Shown here: positions 1-9,451 of the stretch, in pieces | Layout of the letters: each line of letters starts with the position of its first letter | Position numbering within the stretch: the first letter of the stretch is position 1 | DNA from: Halorhodospira halophila SL1 | Lineage (GTDB): Bacteria > Pseudomonadota > Gammaproteobacteria > Nitrococcales > Halorhodospiraceae | Length of the DNA stretch: 32,000 nt | Assembly (NCBI RefSeq): GCF_000015585.1 | Contig: NC_008789.1 | Coordinates: forward strand, 1,680,001 to 1,712,000 | Direction: 5' to 3' | Made by a program: the position numbers and the translations under genes | The notes under the pieces: generated by a model | The model's input: the letters and a program-made list of their open reading frames with translations, nothing else | Database searches by the model: none | What the model was told of the DNA's origin: nothing

Positions 1-7
1 CCCCCAA

Positions 8-1384
8 CTACTCCGGCTGATAGGCGCCCCAGAACGGCTCTGTACGCAGTTGCCCATTCCGGTCATGGCCTAGACCGGGGGGATCCTCCGGCAAGGCCAA
101 GGGGCGATCCTTGCGCAAGGCGTCGCCCTGCGGCCTCAGATCCAGATCGTCCAGACCAGCATCCGGAGCGCGTAACCGATCGGGCGCCTCAGCGAATCCG
201 GCGGTGAAGTTATCGTCATCCTCGGTGGCCTCGAGGTCCAGCGGCGGGTCGGCGAAGACCGCGTTGCCAGAGACAACCTGCTGGTAGCCTCGATCCGCAC
301 CCCGCAGGCGGATACCGAAGCCGCGGGCGACCACCGTATTGCGCAAGATCCGGATTTCCTTAGGCACGTCGTTATGCGGCCCAAGGACGACCCCATCTCC
401 ATCGCGGTTCACGAAGGCATTGTTATAGAGGGCGACATGACCCTCGCCCTGGAACAATCGCTCGTGCGGGTTCTCGTAGAAGAGGTTGCCGTAGATCAGG
501 TAGCGGTCGTTGGCGCCCGGACCGCGCTCCGGCCAATGGCCCACCAGCAGGTTCGGTCGGGCGCCATCACCGCTATTGCCACCCTCCGCCTTGCTGAAGG
601 TGTTGTCCCGAATCACGGTGTCCCGCCGATTGGTCGGCATGCCTTCAACCATCGCTCTCTCGTTCTGGTGCTTGATCTGGGCGTTGTAGCCGAGGGTCTC
701 CGCGATGTGATTGCCCTCGATGACTCCGCCAATAAAGGGCGCCTCACCGTCTGGTTGCCCGAGGTACAAGCCGGTGCCAACACCACGGATCTCGTTGTCG
801 CGGATGGTCCAGTCCCAGGCGGCGGAGCGTGTGGTTACAGCCGTGCTGCCCTGGCTGATGTCGTAGTTGCGGATGCGCAGGTTGGCGAGCGTGATGTTGT
901 GCGTGAACGTGCCCTCCGCCTCCGCCACGATCCCATTGGCGTTGGCGCTGCGCCCGTCCAGCTCCAGGCGTCGCAGCTCAATGTGGGCCGAGTCCTCAAA
1001 ACGCACCGTGTTGCGACCATCCTGCCCCACAAAGGTCGCGGAACCCGCTTCGCCCCGTGGCCCGGCGATGACAATCGGCTGCTTTTCGGTGCCCTGGATA
1101 CCGCGTAGGTCCAAGCCGCCTCGATACACCCCCGGAGCCAGCTCCAACCGATCACCCGGGCGCAGACCGCGGACAGCCTCCCGGTAGTTGCCGGGATCCA
1201 CCTCGACGGTCCGCCCTGCCGCTGGGAGAGCATCGCCAACCACGTTGGAGTCGGCTGCTACTGAGCCGGACAACAGGATCAATGCAAAGGCGATTCCGGC
1301 GCTGGCACCGGCCCGCGCAAGGGAACGAGATGAGGGGCCGCTGGCCGGACGCCTCCTGGATTCGATTGGCTTGGCCGGGGTCAT
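8..1384 (-). CDS. Secreted right-handed parallel beta-helix protein (pectate-lyase/NosD-like fold), probably a polysaccharide-modifying or -degrading enzyme
   Basis: ORF 8..1510(-). The likely start is the ATG at 1384, with GAGG 5 nt upstream. The N-terminus is signal-like (MTPAKPIESRRR...IAFALILLSGSVAAD). Repeated strand/turn units (IELRRLELDG, ITLANLRIRNYD, WTIRDNEIRG, GGVIEGNHI, VIRDNTF) are typical of beta-helix proteins. An alternative start lies at 1399. Confidence 0.7.
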   Translation of the reverse strand: MTPAKPIESRRRPASGPSSRSLARAGASAGIAFALILLSGSVAADSNVVGDALPAAGRTVEVDPGNYREAVRGLRPGDRLELAPGVYRGGLDLRGIQGTEKQPIVIAGPRGEAGSATFVGQDGRNTVRFEDSAHIELRRLELDGRSANANGIVAEAEGTFTHNITLANLRIRNYDISQGSTAVTTRSAAWDWTIRDNEIRGVGTGLYLGQPDGEAPFIGGVIEGNHIAETLGYNAQIKHQNERAMVEGMPTNRRDTVIRDNTFSKAEGGNSGDGARPNLLVGHWPERGPGANDRYLIYGNLFYENPHERLFQGEGHVALYNNAFVNRDGDGVVLGPHNDVPKEIRILRNTVVARGFGIRLRGADRGYQQVVSGNAVFADPPLDLEATEDDDNFTAGFAEAPDRLRAPDAGLDDLDLRPQGDALRKDRPLALPEDPPGLGHDRNGQLRTEPFWGAYQPE

Positions 1385-1463
1385 ACCCACCTCGTGCATT
1401 CCGGCTGGATGTGATGCGCTTGCCTCACCGCCCGGGATTGCCGACTGAACCCCGGCGGATGGT

Positions 1464-4400
1464 CTACGGTTGCCCAATCGGGGCACGGCGCCCGCTGCGC
1501 CTGCGCGCACGGCCCGAGACGCCCAGCAAAGCCACCAGATAGAACAGCAAGGCGATCTTCGGGTTAAAGAACACCGTACTGAACACTCCGATGGCCAAGA
1601 CTCCGAGCAGGGCGGCCAGCGCCGCTGCTGCGCCGACCTTGCCCTGACTCACGCGCCGCAGCAGGACCCCGACGACGGCGAGCAGGAACAGGGTAAAGGC
1701 CAGCAGTCCGAATACCCCCTGATCGAAATAGATCTCCAGCCACTGGTTCTCCGTCCGGTAGGGCCAAAGATAGTCGGTGGTGAAGTACCAGTGGCGGCCG
1801 GCCTGCTCGAATTCGGGGTTGCGCAGGTAGGCCGCGCCGTCCGGCCCAGTCAGCTTCGCCGACTGGATCTCCAGCATGGCCTCCTCGCCCCCACCGAGGG
1901 ACAGGGCAAAGACCAACCCCCGGCGCAGGCCCGGGAGGCCCGACGCCAGATCGTCGAGGCGGACGTCCCAGGAGAGGGCTTGTACCCCTTCACCCGCATC
2001 CAGGCGGAAGCGTTCCCACTGACAATCAAAGGAGTGACGGATGGGCTTTTCGCAGATGCTGGCATCCAGTCGGGCACCGGGCGGCCCTCGAACCTCGAGC
2101 TCAAGCTGCAGGGCCTCCGGGCGCTCCCCGTGGAACGGGCCAAAGAGGCGCTGATTCACGAACAGGGACGACCCCGCGCCAATGCGCAAAACCCCTTCAT
2201 CGCTGCCGGTACGCGCGAACTCGAAGTTGGCGGGCACCCCCTCCTGGCCCACCGCAGCGTATCGATAGTAGGCCGGGAAGGCACCCATTCCCCGCCCCCA
2301 GACCGGACTGCCCCCCTGCCCGGCAAGGGACCACGTCTCCTGCCAGTGGTCGATGCGCGATTGCAGATCCCGCTCGACGGCTGACCACCGCTCCACCGCC
2401 GTGCCCTCCATGACCAATGCAAAACCGGCACCTCCGGCCACCAGGAACGGAAGCGCAATCAACGCCTGGTGCACTGCCCAAAGGCCTCGCCCCGCAACGG
2501 GGCGACGAGAGGCCCAGAGGAGCGAAAGCCCTAGCACGCCGAGGGCCACCACCAACCCCAACCAACCGGCCCGGGAGTAGGTCACCACGACCAAGTAGCT
2601 GCCCAGTACCGCGACGACGCCGGCAGCGGGCACCGCGAGCCAGCGCCCGCTCACACGCCAGGCCGCGAGGATGGCGAACGGCAGGCTGATCACCAGGAAC
2701 GCCTCGACACTGGGGCCGCCGACCTGCATATCCGAGAACCAGCCGGAGATGCGATAGGCACTGTCGAAGTCCAGCAGCCCCGGGTAGACGATCCGCTCGC
2801 GCAGGATCACCAAGGCGGCAGCCAACCAACTCAGCGCCATGCCGGGCACCAGGCCGCGCTCGAATTGCTCACTGGGTGAATACGGACTGGCACGAACCAC
2901 CCACCAGAGCAGCGCAGCGAATAGAACCCCGGAACCCACGCGCAGGGCGTTCCAGCCGGTGGCATAGTGGCTTAGCAGCCCGCGCTCAAGCGGCGCCAGC
3001 GGCCAGAGGGCCACTGCGAGAGCGAGCACCGTTGACACCAGCAACAAGGCCCAGGCGGCACGGACTGTTCCGGGAAGCCAGCGGCCAGGACGCCCCGGCC
3101 ACCGCCCCGCAGCCAGGGTGACCGCCACGGTCATGCCGATGAAGAGATCGACCTCCCCGATATGCACCCAGCCGGTCCATACCCCCCAGTCGAGAACAGG
3201 CACCAGGGGCGGCAACACCCACAGCCACGCCAGCGGGTAGCGCCAGAGTAGCACTGCGTAGATCAAAAGCCCGGCGGCCAACCAGCCGGGCCAGGCCGGC
3301 CAGGCCCAAGCGGCGAGCCAAATCGCCACCGCGAGCAAGCCGCCACTGCTGCGGCGCACCACCTCTCCCGCGGTCCATCTCCTCTCATTCGTCGGACTCG
3401 TCCCTGCATAGGGCGGAACCGCTTGGGCCAAGCCGGGGTCCTGCCCCGGCTGAATCGGACCCGGCGGCGGACTTGCCAGCTCGCCGGCGGAGTCACCCGG
3501 CCCCTTGCGCGTGAGGGCGAAGGCCAACCATTCGAGCAGAGTGACGGTGGTCGCGGCTGCGATGCCTGCCAAAACCAAGGTACTGGAATCCGGCCGCCCC
3601 TCTTCCGTCAGCAACTTACCGATTTCCACCAACAACGCCAGCCCCACCGCCGCGCCAGCCGCCCAGGCCACAACCTGATTACGCGAGACCCGCACACGCA
3701 GCGCCAGGATCCAGGCGAACAGCCCCACCGGCGCATACATGAGCATATGGAAAAGCATGCTGCGCAGGGCCGCCACCTCGGCGATGTGATAGTGGTAGTA
3801 GAAGGGGAGTAACCGAGTGGCCTGCAGCGTCTCGATCGCCCGCTGCCCATCCCAGCGGTAGGGACCGAACTCGTGGTTGCCCAGGAGCAAGAGCAGGAGG
3901 TACGGAACGGCCACTCCGGCTACCAGGAGCGGCCCCCATTGTCGCAACCGGGCCAAAAGCCGGCTCGGATCGGCCAACAACAAGCCTGCAACCCCGAGCC
4001 CCAGGCCAATGCCAATGGCGCGCATCAGCGCTGAACGACCCTCTACGACCCCGGAGGCCACGAAAAGATTGAGCAACTCCAGGCTGACCGCCCAACCGAC
4101 TACTGCAGCCAGGCCGAACCGCCACGGGTCGTCTCGAACCTGCGGCACCGTCCACGCCAGCAACACGCCCAGCGGCAGACTGGCCGCCACTTCGGCGCCA
4201 CGGAATCCCACACAGGAGAGATCCCCCAGGCATCCCCCAGCCTGCGCCCAGGGGTTTAACGCGCTCGAAGTCAACCGGTCGGCGAGCGCCCAGGGGCTGA
4301 CCACGAGATCGAAAGGCAGCAGGACGATCCCGATATACGCTACGGCATACGCCGATAGAGCGATCCCGACGGCCACCGGGCCACCCTGACGTATCTCCGC

Positions 4401-4859
4401 AAGCCAGACGCCCAGACGACCGCGTAGGGTCAACCAGACCACCACCCCGATCACTCCACCCAGAAAGTTCCCGGACATATCGGCGATGGCCGGGTACCGA
4501 AAGGGCAGCCAGATCTGCAGGAACTCGATGGTCATCGTGGTTGCCAGGGCCACCAGGGCCGCCAGCAGGCCCATCACAACCTGCCCGGATCGGCTGCCGA
4601 CGCTGCGCGTTAGCCAGGCCGCCCAGAAGAACCCCAGGGGGGTGTACAGGAGGATGTTGGCCACCCATTGGGCGTAGTTGCCCCCGGTGAGCCCCGCAAA
4701 CCGAATCCCGGTATAGGCTTCCCAGGCCTGAGCGAGGCTGACATCCCGGAATTCGAACGGCAGGAGGGTGGCATAGGCAATGACTGCTAGACTCAGCGAT
4801 GCGCCCAAGACACAGGCACGGTAGCTCAGGGGGTGATCGGGTGTTGGGGTTGACGGCAT
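1464..4859 (-). CDS. Large polytopic membrane protein: three VanZ-like repeats fused to an O-antigen ligase/Wzy_C-like domain that carries an inserted soluble domain
   Basis: 1131-aa ORF; ATG at 4859 with AGGAA about 8 nt upstream. Three N-terminal units each have an LLPF.. signature plus hydrophobic helices (LLPFEFRD, LLPFDLVV, LLPFYYHY). A Pro/Gly-rich linker follows. The rest is a multi-TM region with SRAGWLGLVVAL and RIDHWQETW...GRGMGAF motifs like O-antigen ligases. About 200 aa of non-hydrophobic sequence sits before the final NQWLEIYFDQGVFGLL helix. Confidence 0.75.
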   Translation of the reverse strand: MPSTPTPDHPLSYRACVLGASLSLAVIAYATLLPFEFRDVSLAQAWEAYTGIRFAGLTGGNYAQWVANILLYTPLGFFWAAWLTRSVGSRSGQVVMGLLAALVALATTMTIEFLQIWLPFRYPAIADMSGNFLGGVIGVVVWLTLRGRLGVWLAEIRQGGPVAVGIALSAYAVAYIGIVLLPFDLVVSPWALADRLTSSALNPWAQAGGCLGDLSCVGFRGAEVAASLPLGVLLAWTVPQVRDDPWRFGLAAVVGWAVSLELLNLFVASGVVEGRSALMRAIGIGLGLGVAGLLLADPSRLLARLRQWGPLLVAGVAVPYLLLLLLGNHEFGPYRWDGQRAIETLQATRLLPFYYHYHIAEVAALRSMLFHMLMYAPVGLFAWILALRVRVSRNQVVAWAAGAAVGLALLVEIGKLLTEEGRPDSSTLVLAGIAAATTVTLLEWLAFALTRKGPGDSAGELASPPPGPIQPGQDPGLAQAVPPYAGTSPTNERRWTAGEVVRRSSGGLLAVAIWLAAWAWPAWPGWLAAGLLIYAVLLWRYPLAWLWVLPPLVPVLDWGVWTGWVHIGEVDLFIGMTVAVTLAAGRWPGRPGRWLPGTVRAAWALLLVSTVLALAVALWPLAPLERGLLSHYATGWNALRVGSGVLFAALLWWVVRASPYSPSEQFERGLVPGMALSWLAAALVILRERIVYPGLLDFDSAYRISGWFSDMQVGGPSVEAFLVISLPFAILAAWRVSGRWLAVPAAGVVAVLGSYLVVVTYSRAGWLGLVVALGVLGLSLLWASRRPVAGRGLWAVHQALIALPFLVAGGAGFALVMEGTAVERWSAVERDLQSRIDHWQETWSLAGQGGSPVWGRGMGAFPAYYRYAAVGQEGVPANFEFARTGSDEGVLRIGAGSSLFVNQRLFGPFHGERPEALQLELEVRGPPGARLDASICEKPIRHSFDCQWERFRLDAGEGVQALSWDVRLDDLASGLPGLRRGLVFALSLGGGEEAMLEIQSAKLTGPDGAAYLRNPEFEQAGRHWYFTTDYLWPYRTENQWLEIYFDQGVFGLLAFTLFLLAVVGVLLRRVSQGKVGAAAALAALLGVLAIGVFSTVFFNPKIALLFYLVALLGVSGRARRRSGRRAPIGQP

Positions 4860-4985
4860 AGGATCGTTCCTAGAAATCCACCCCGAGGCAAGCCGTTGCG
4901 ACAGTAAAGGCTCAACTTTCGGGTGAGCTGCCAGGAGGTTCGTCTTGGTACTTACACGCGATCAGCATAGCTGACCGACGGCTCC

Positions 4986-5910
4986 ATGCGCTCAAGGGAT
5001 TCGACAGTAAAAATGCCGCCACGGACCCAGGAAACGGGCAGCTCCGAGGAGGGACAGCCCCTAGTTGTGGACCTCGACGGCACTTTGCTCGACTCCGACC
5101 TGCTCGTCGAGTGTGCATTCGCCTATCTGCGCTACAACCCCCTGCGGTTTTTCTCCCTCCTGCTGTGGTTGCTGCGGGGAAGGGCCTATTTGAAGACCCG
5201 CCTGGCCCGAGAGGTCGACCTCGACGTCCAAGCTCTCCCGTACAACGGTGAACTCCTGGCAAAGTTAGAGGATGAACGCCGCACAGGGCGCCCCATCTGG
5301 CTGGCCACTGCTTCCGATCAGACACTCGCCGAGGCGATTGCCCAGCACATCAACCTCTTCGACGGGGTGATCGGTACCCAGGACGGCCTCAACTTGACAG
5401 GCGCCTACAAGCGCGACGCCCTAGAGCAGCGCTTTGGGAAAGGCGGCTTCGACTACGTGGGTAACGAAACGCGGGATCTACCCATCTGGGAGGCAGCCGC
5501 AACAAGCTGGGCCGTAAACCCTAGCCGGCGCGCCGAACGCGGGGTTCGCCGACTCGGCAACGCAGAGACCGTACTGCGAACGCGCCCCGGTTACCTGCGC
5601 ACCCCGCGCCCTGAGGCCGCACCAGTGGGCGAAGAACCTGTTGCTCTTCGTACCCCTGGCTACCTCCCATCAGTTCCTCGAACCGGAGCGGGTACTCCAG
5701 GCCCTCACTGCGTTCTTGGTCTTTAGCCTGGTCGCGTCGGCGGTCTATCTGATCAACGATCTGGTCGACCTCAAAGACGATCGGCAGCACCCGCGGGAGA
5801 CGCGCTTGGCCGTGGGCTTTATAGGGTCGGCGATCACGCCGAAGACGGGGACCTCTCCCTGCCGCCCATTCGCCAGCGCCGATTCCCGGTTGACCCGCCG
5901 ATCTCTCTGA
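4986..5910 (+). pseudogene. HAD-like phosphatase / UbiA-family prenyltransferase fusion (decaprenyl-phosphate phosphoribosyltransferase-like), frameshifted and 3'-truncated
   Basis: The HAD motif VVDLDGTLLDSD is in frame 0 (ORF 4986..5726). The UbiA start LRPHQWAKNLLLFVPLATSHQF...YLINDLVDLKDDRQHPRE is in frame +1 (from about 5605; ORF 5641..5910). The frames switch at the C4 run 5602-5605. UbiA similarity stops after HPRE (about 5798), only about 63 aa into an expected domain of about 290 aa. Confidence 0.65.
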
Positions 5911-6440
5911 TCAATCGGTGGAGCGTTCGCTGGTTCAACACCCTGTTCTACCGGCGCGGGCACGGCAGGGAACAGGCAACGCGCGTCGACTACCAGCCGT
6001 ATTTCTTCCCGCTGGACGCCATCCTCGAGTGGAACCGCGTCTACGGGCGCCGCGGCTTCCAGCAGTTCCAGTGCCTGCTGCCGGAGCCGCAGGCCCACGA
6101 CGCCTTGCGCGAAATCCTGCAGACCATCGCAACCAGCGGTAGCGGCTCGCCCCTGGCCGTTCTCAAACGCTGCGGGGATGCCCCGTCCCCCGGTTTCCTC
6201 TCCTTCCCGGCACCCGGGATCACCCTGGCGCTGGACTTTCCCAACACCAAGAGCCTGACGCACAGGACGCTTCCAAGGCTTGACGCCATCATCCGAGAAG
6301 CTGGCGGACGCCTCTACCCGGCGAAAGACGCCCACATGAGCGGGGCCGATTTCCGTACCGGCTATCCCCAGTGCGAGCGAGTCGAAGCCCTGCGCGATCC
6401 GGCCCTGATGTCCCGATTCTGGGAGCGCGTTCTACCATGA
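5799..6440 (+). pseudogene. C-terminal fragment (about 213 aa) of a DprE1-like FAD-dependent oxidoreductase (decaprenylphosphoryl-ribose 2'-oxidase family)
   Basis: My frame-0 translation reads DALGRGLYRVGDHAEDGDL..FPVDPPISLINRWSVRWFNTLFYRR..YQPYFFPLDAILEWNRVYGRRGFQQFQCLLP..SPLAVLKRCGD..GFLSFPAPGITLALDFP..AGGRLYPAKDAHM. This tracks the C-terminal half of DprE1-type enzymes. The FAD-binding N-terminal half is absent, and there is no start codon context. Confidence 0.65.
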
Positions 6441-7183
6441 GCAGACCGCGGATTGTCATCTTCGGCGCTACATCGGCGATCACCCAGGCCCTCGCTCGGC
6501 ACTATGCCGAGAGCGGCGCCGCCCTCACCCTGCTCGGGCGGAACGAGGAGCGCCTTCAGGAAGTCGCCGCGGACCTGCGGGCTCGCGGTGCCGCCGACAC
6601 GACGATCCTGCGCTTCGATGCCGACGACCCGCAGCAGCTGACAGCCGTCGTGGATCGATGCTGGCGCGAATCGGCGCCGGTGGATCTGGCGATCATCGGG
6701 TACGGGACCCTTCCCGATCAAGCAGCGTGCGAGCGCGAACCCGACCAGGCGGCCCAGGCCCTGGCGACAAACGGGGTCTCCGTCATCGTGCTGCTGCTCG
6801 CCCTCGCCCGCCATTTTGAAGGGCAAGACCACGGGTCCATCGCCGTCTTCAGCTCCGTGGCGAGGGACCGGGGCCGCCCCTCGAACGCCGTCTACGGGGC
6901 CGCCAAAGGGGCGGTCTCGATCTTCCTCTCCGGACTCCGGGCCCGGTTGCACAAGAGCGGCGTCCACGTGCTCACCATCAAACCGGGATTCGTGGACACC
7001 CCGATGACCCAGGGCCTGGCCCTGCCGCGGGTGCTGCTGACCACCCCGGAACGGGTCGCCGCCGACTTGCGCAAGGCCATTCAACGGCGCCGAAGCACGC
7101 TCTATACCCCTTGGTTCTGGCGCTGGATCCTGTTGATCATCCGGAGTATCCCGGAGCCACTTTTTAAGAGGCTGTCGCTATGA
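6437..7183 (+). CDS. Short-chain dehydrogenase/reductase, DprE2-like (decaprenylphospho-2'-keto-pentose reductase family)
   Basis: The ATG at 6437 overlaps the upstream stop (ATGA). Rossmann motif VIFGATSAITQALA and catalytic YGAAK are present. Its position directly after the DprE1-like fragment matches the DprE1/DprE2 gene order. Confidence 0.8.
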   Translation: MSRPRIVIFGATSAITQALARHYAESGAALTLLGRNEERLQEVAADLRARGAADTTILRFDADDPQQLTAVVDRCWRESAPVDLAIIGYGTLPDQAACEREPDQAAQALATNGVSVIVLLLALARHFEGQDHGSIAVFSSVARDRGRPSNAVYGAAKGAVSIFLSGLRARLHKSGVHVLTIKPGFVDTPMTQGLALPRVLLTTPERVAADLRKAIQRRRSTLYTPWFWRWILLIIRSIPEPLFKRLSL

Positions 7184-8137
7184 ACCGGCCAGACACGGAC
7201 CCACCCGCCCGGATCGTCCTGCCCGGCGGAGCGGGCCTCGTCGGTCAGAACCTGGTGGTGCGCTTGAAGGCGCAGGGCTACAGCGATCTGGTGGTCCTCG
7301 ACAAGCACAAAGCGAATGTCGCCACCATGCGCCGCCTTCATCCCGATTTGACCATCGAGGAGGCCGACCTGGCCGAGCCTTGGCGCCTGGACCGAGCATT
7401 TCCGGGGTGCGGATGCTGTGGTCATGCTCCAGGCCCAGATCAGCGCCAAGGACGAGCCCCCCTTTCGGCGCAACAACCTGACGAGCACCGAGCGGGTCCT
7501 CGAGGCGATCCAGCACCACCAGGTGCCGTACACCGTCCATGTCAGTTCCTCGGTGGTGCAGTCCGTCGCCGAAGACGCCTACGCCCGCACCAAGACCGAG
7601 CAGGAGCGGTTGTTCCTCGACAGCGGCGTCACGGGGATCGTTCTGCGCCCAACGCTGATGTTCGGCTGGTTCGACCGCAAGCACCTCGGCTGGCTCGCCC
7701 GGTTCGTGCGGCGAATGCCGATCTTCCCGATCTCGGGGCACGGCCGCTACCCGCGCCAACCGCTCTACGTCGGCGACTTCTGCGCGATTATCGCGCGCTG
7801 CCTGGAGCAGCGCCCGGTCGGCGGATGCTACGACATCTCCGGGCTGGAGTACGTCGACTACGTGGACCTCATTCGCGAATTACGCCGAGCAACCGGCGCA
7901 CGGTGTCGGATCGTCCACCTGCCCTATACGCTCTTCGCCGCACTCCTGCGGCTCTACGCGGTCTTCTCCAGCAATCCACCCTTTACCGTGGATCAGCTTC
8001 ACGCGCTGACCGCCGGGGATGAGTTCGCGGTCATCGACTGGCCGACGCGCTTTGGGGTCCAACCGACACCGCTTCGGGACGCGCTGGAAGAGACCTTCAA
8101 TGATCCGCGGTACAGCGACGTCGAGCTGAGCTTTTGA
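7180..8137 (+). pseudogene. NAD-dependent epimerase/dehydratase family protein interrupted by a +1 frameshift (or a sequencing error)
   Basis: The N-terminal Rossmann part (LPGGAGLVGQNL) is in ORF 7180..8022. The remainder (GADAVVMLQAQI...YARTK...) is in ORF 7418..8137. The frames switch at the G4 run 7404-7407. Removing one G gives a continuous ..DRAFPGADAVVMLQAQI... The ATG at 7180 overlaps the upstream stop (ATGA). Confidence 0.6.
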
Positions 8138-8139
8138 CT

Positions 8140-9447
8140 ATGGCCGAGAACACGCAACACACCCGCCCCCGGGTGGCGATCATCGGCGGCGGCCCGATGG
8201 GCCTTGCCGTCGCCTATGAGCTGCTGCTCCGCGGCCACCCTGTGGATATCTACGAGGCCGGCCCCGTGCTGGGCGGCATGTCGGCTGCATTCGAGTTCTC
8301 GGGCACGGCGATCGAACGCTACTACCATTTTATTTGTGCCACTGATGAGTCGATGTTCGCCCTGCTGCGAGAACTCGACCTGGAGGAGGCCCTGCACTGG
8401 CAGCCGACCGAGATGGGGTACTTCATTGACGGCGAACTGCACGACTGGGGTAATCCCGTTGCCCTGCTCAAACTGCCGCACCTCGATCTGATCTCGAAAT
8501 TCCGTTACGGCGTCCACGCGTACCTGAGCACTCAACGACGCAACTGGGCATCCCTGGATCGGCTCGAGGCCACACGCTGGCTGCGTCGCTGGGTCGGGGA
8601 CCGCGCGTACGATCTGCTCTGGCGGAAACTCTTCGAGTTGAAATTCTACGAACACACCGACCGGCTCTCCGCCGCCTGGATCTGGACACGGATCAAACGG
8701 GTGGGCACCTCCCGGTACAACTTGATGCAGGAAAAGCTCGGTTACTTGGAGGGCGGCTCACAGACGCTGCTCGATGCACTGCAAGCGCAGATCGAAGCGC
8801 GGGGCGGCCGTATCCATCTCAACAGGCCGGTCGAGGAGGTGGTGCTACGCGACGGGGCCGTTCAGGGGCTGCGCATCGCCGGTGAGGCGAGCCCGTACTC
8901 CACCGTTTTCAGCACCGTGCCCCTGCCGCTGCTACCAAGCATGATTCCGGATCTGCCGGCCTCCGTCCGGGAACAAATCCAGGCGCTGGAGAACCTTGCC
9001 GTGGTGTGCGTGATCTTCAAGCTCCGCCGGCCGGTCAGCGATAAGTTCTGGGTCAATATCAACGACCAGCGCATGGATATCCCCGGGATCGTAGAGTACA
9101 CCAACCTACGCCCGATGGATGCCCATATCGTCTATGTGCCTTACTACATGCCGGGCGACAACCCCAAATACCAGGACAACAACCAGGCTTTCATCGACCG
9201 CGCCTGGCGCTACCTGCAGATGATCAACCCGACCCTGCAGGAGGCGGATCGCCTCGACGCCTACGCCAGTCGGTACCGGTACTCCCAGCCGGTCTGCGAA
9301 CCCGGCCACCTGCAGCGGCTCCCTCCGGTGGACCTGCCCATTGCGGGGCTCTACGCGGCGGACACCTCCTACTACTACTACCCCGAGGACCGCGGGATCT
9401 CCGAGAGCGTGCGGTACGGCCGCGCCATGGCTCGATTCCTGGAGTAA
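8140..9447 (+). CDS. FAD/NAD(P)-dependent oxidoreductase (amine-oxidase / phytoene-desaturase-like fold)
   Basis: Dinucleotide-binding motif VAIIGGGPMGLAVAYEL followed by EAGPVLGGM. The ORF is 435 aa, and the ATG at 8140 lies 2 nt after the upstream stop. Confidence 0.8.
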   Translation: MAENTQHTRPRVAIIGGGPMGLAVAYELLLRGHPVDIYEAGPVLGGMSAAFEFSGTAIERYYHFICATDESMFALLRELDLEEALHWQPTEMGYFIDGELHDWGNPVALLKLPHLDLISKFRYGVHAYLSTQRRNWASLDRLEATRWLRRWVGDRAYDLLWRKLFELKFYEHTDRLSAAWIWTRIKRVGTSRYNLMQEKLGYLEGGSQTLLDALQAQIEARGGRIHLNRPVEEVVLRDGAVQGLRIAGEASPYSTVFSTVPLPLLPSMIPDLPASVREQIQALENLAVVCVIFKLRRPVSDKFWVNINDQRMDIPGIVEYTNLRPMDAHIVYVPYYMPGDNPKYQDNNQAFIDRAWRYLQMINPTLQEADRLDAYASRYRYSQPVCEPGHLQRLPPVDLPIAGLYAADTSYYYYPEDRGISESVRYGRAMARFLE

Positions 9448-9451
9448 CACC

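Noticed and set aside
5862-5879. RPFASA in the UbiA reading frame, resembling the RPFASG segment that normally follows HPRK in UbiA enzymes. This would imply an insertion rather than a deletion.
   Set aside because: The same nucleotides in frame 0 form part of a much longer, continuous DprE1-like match (..LSLPPIRQRRFPVDPPISLINRWSVRWFN..). The UbiA frame stops at 5910 with no further UbiA motifs. I treat the hexapeptide as a coincidence favoured by GC-rich codons.
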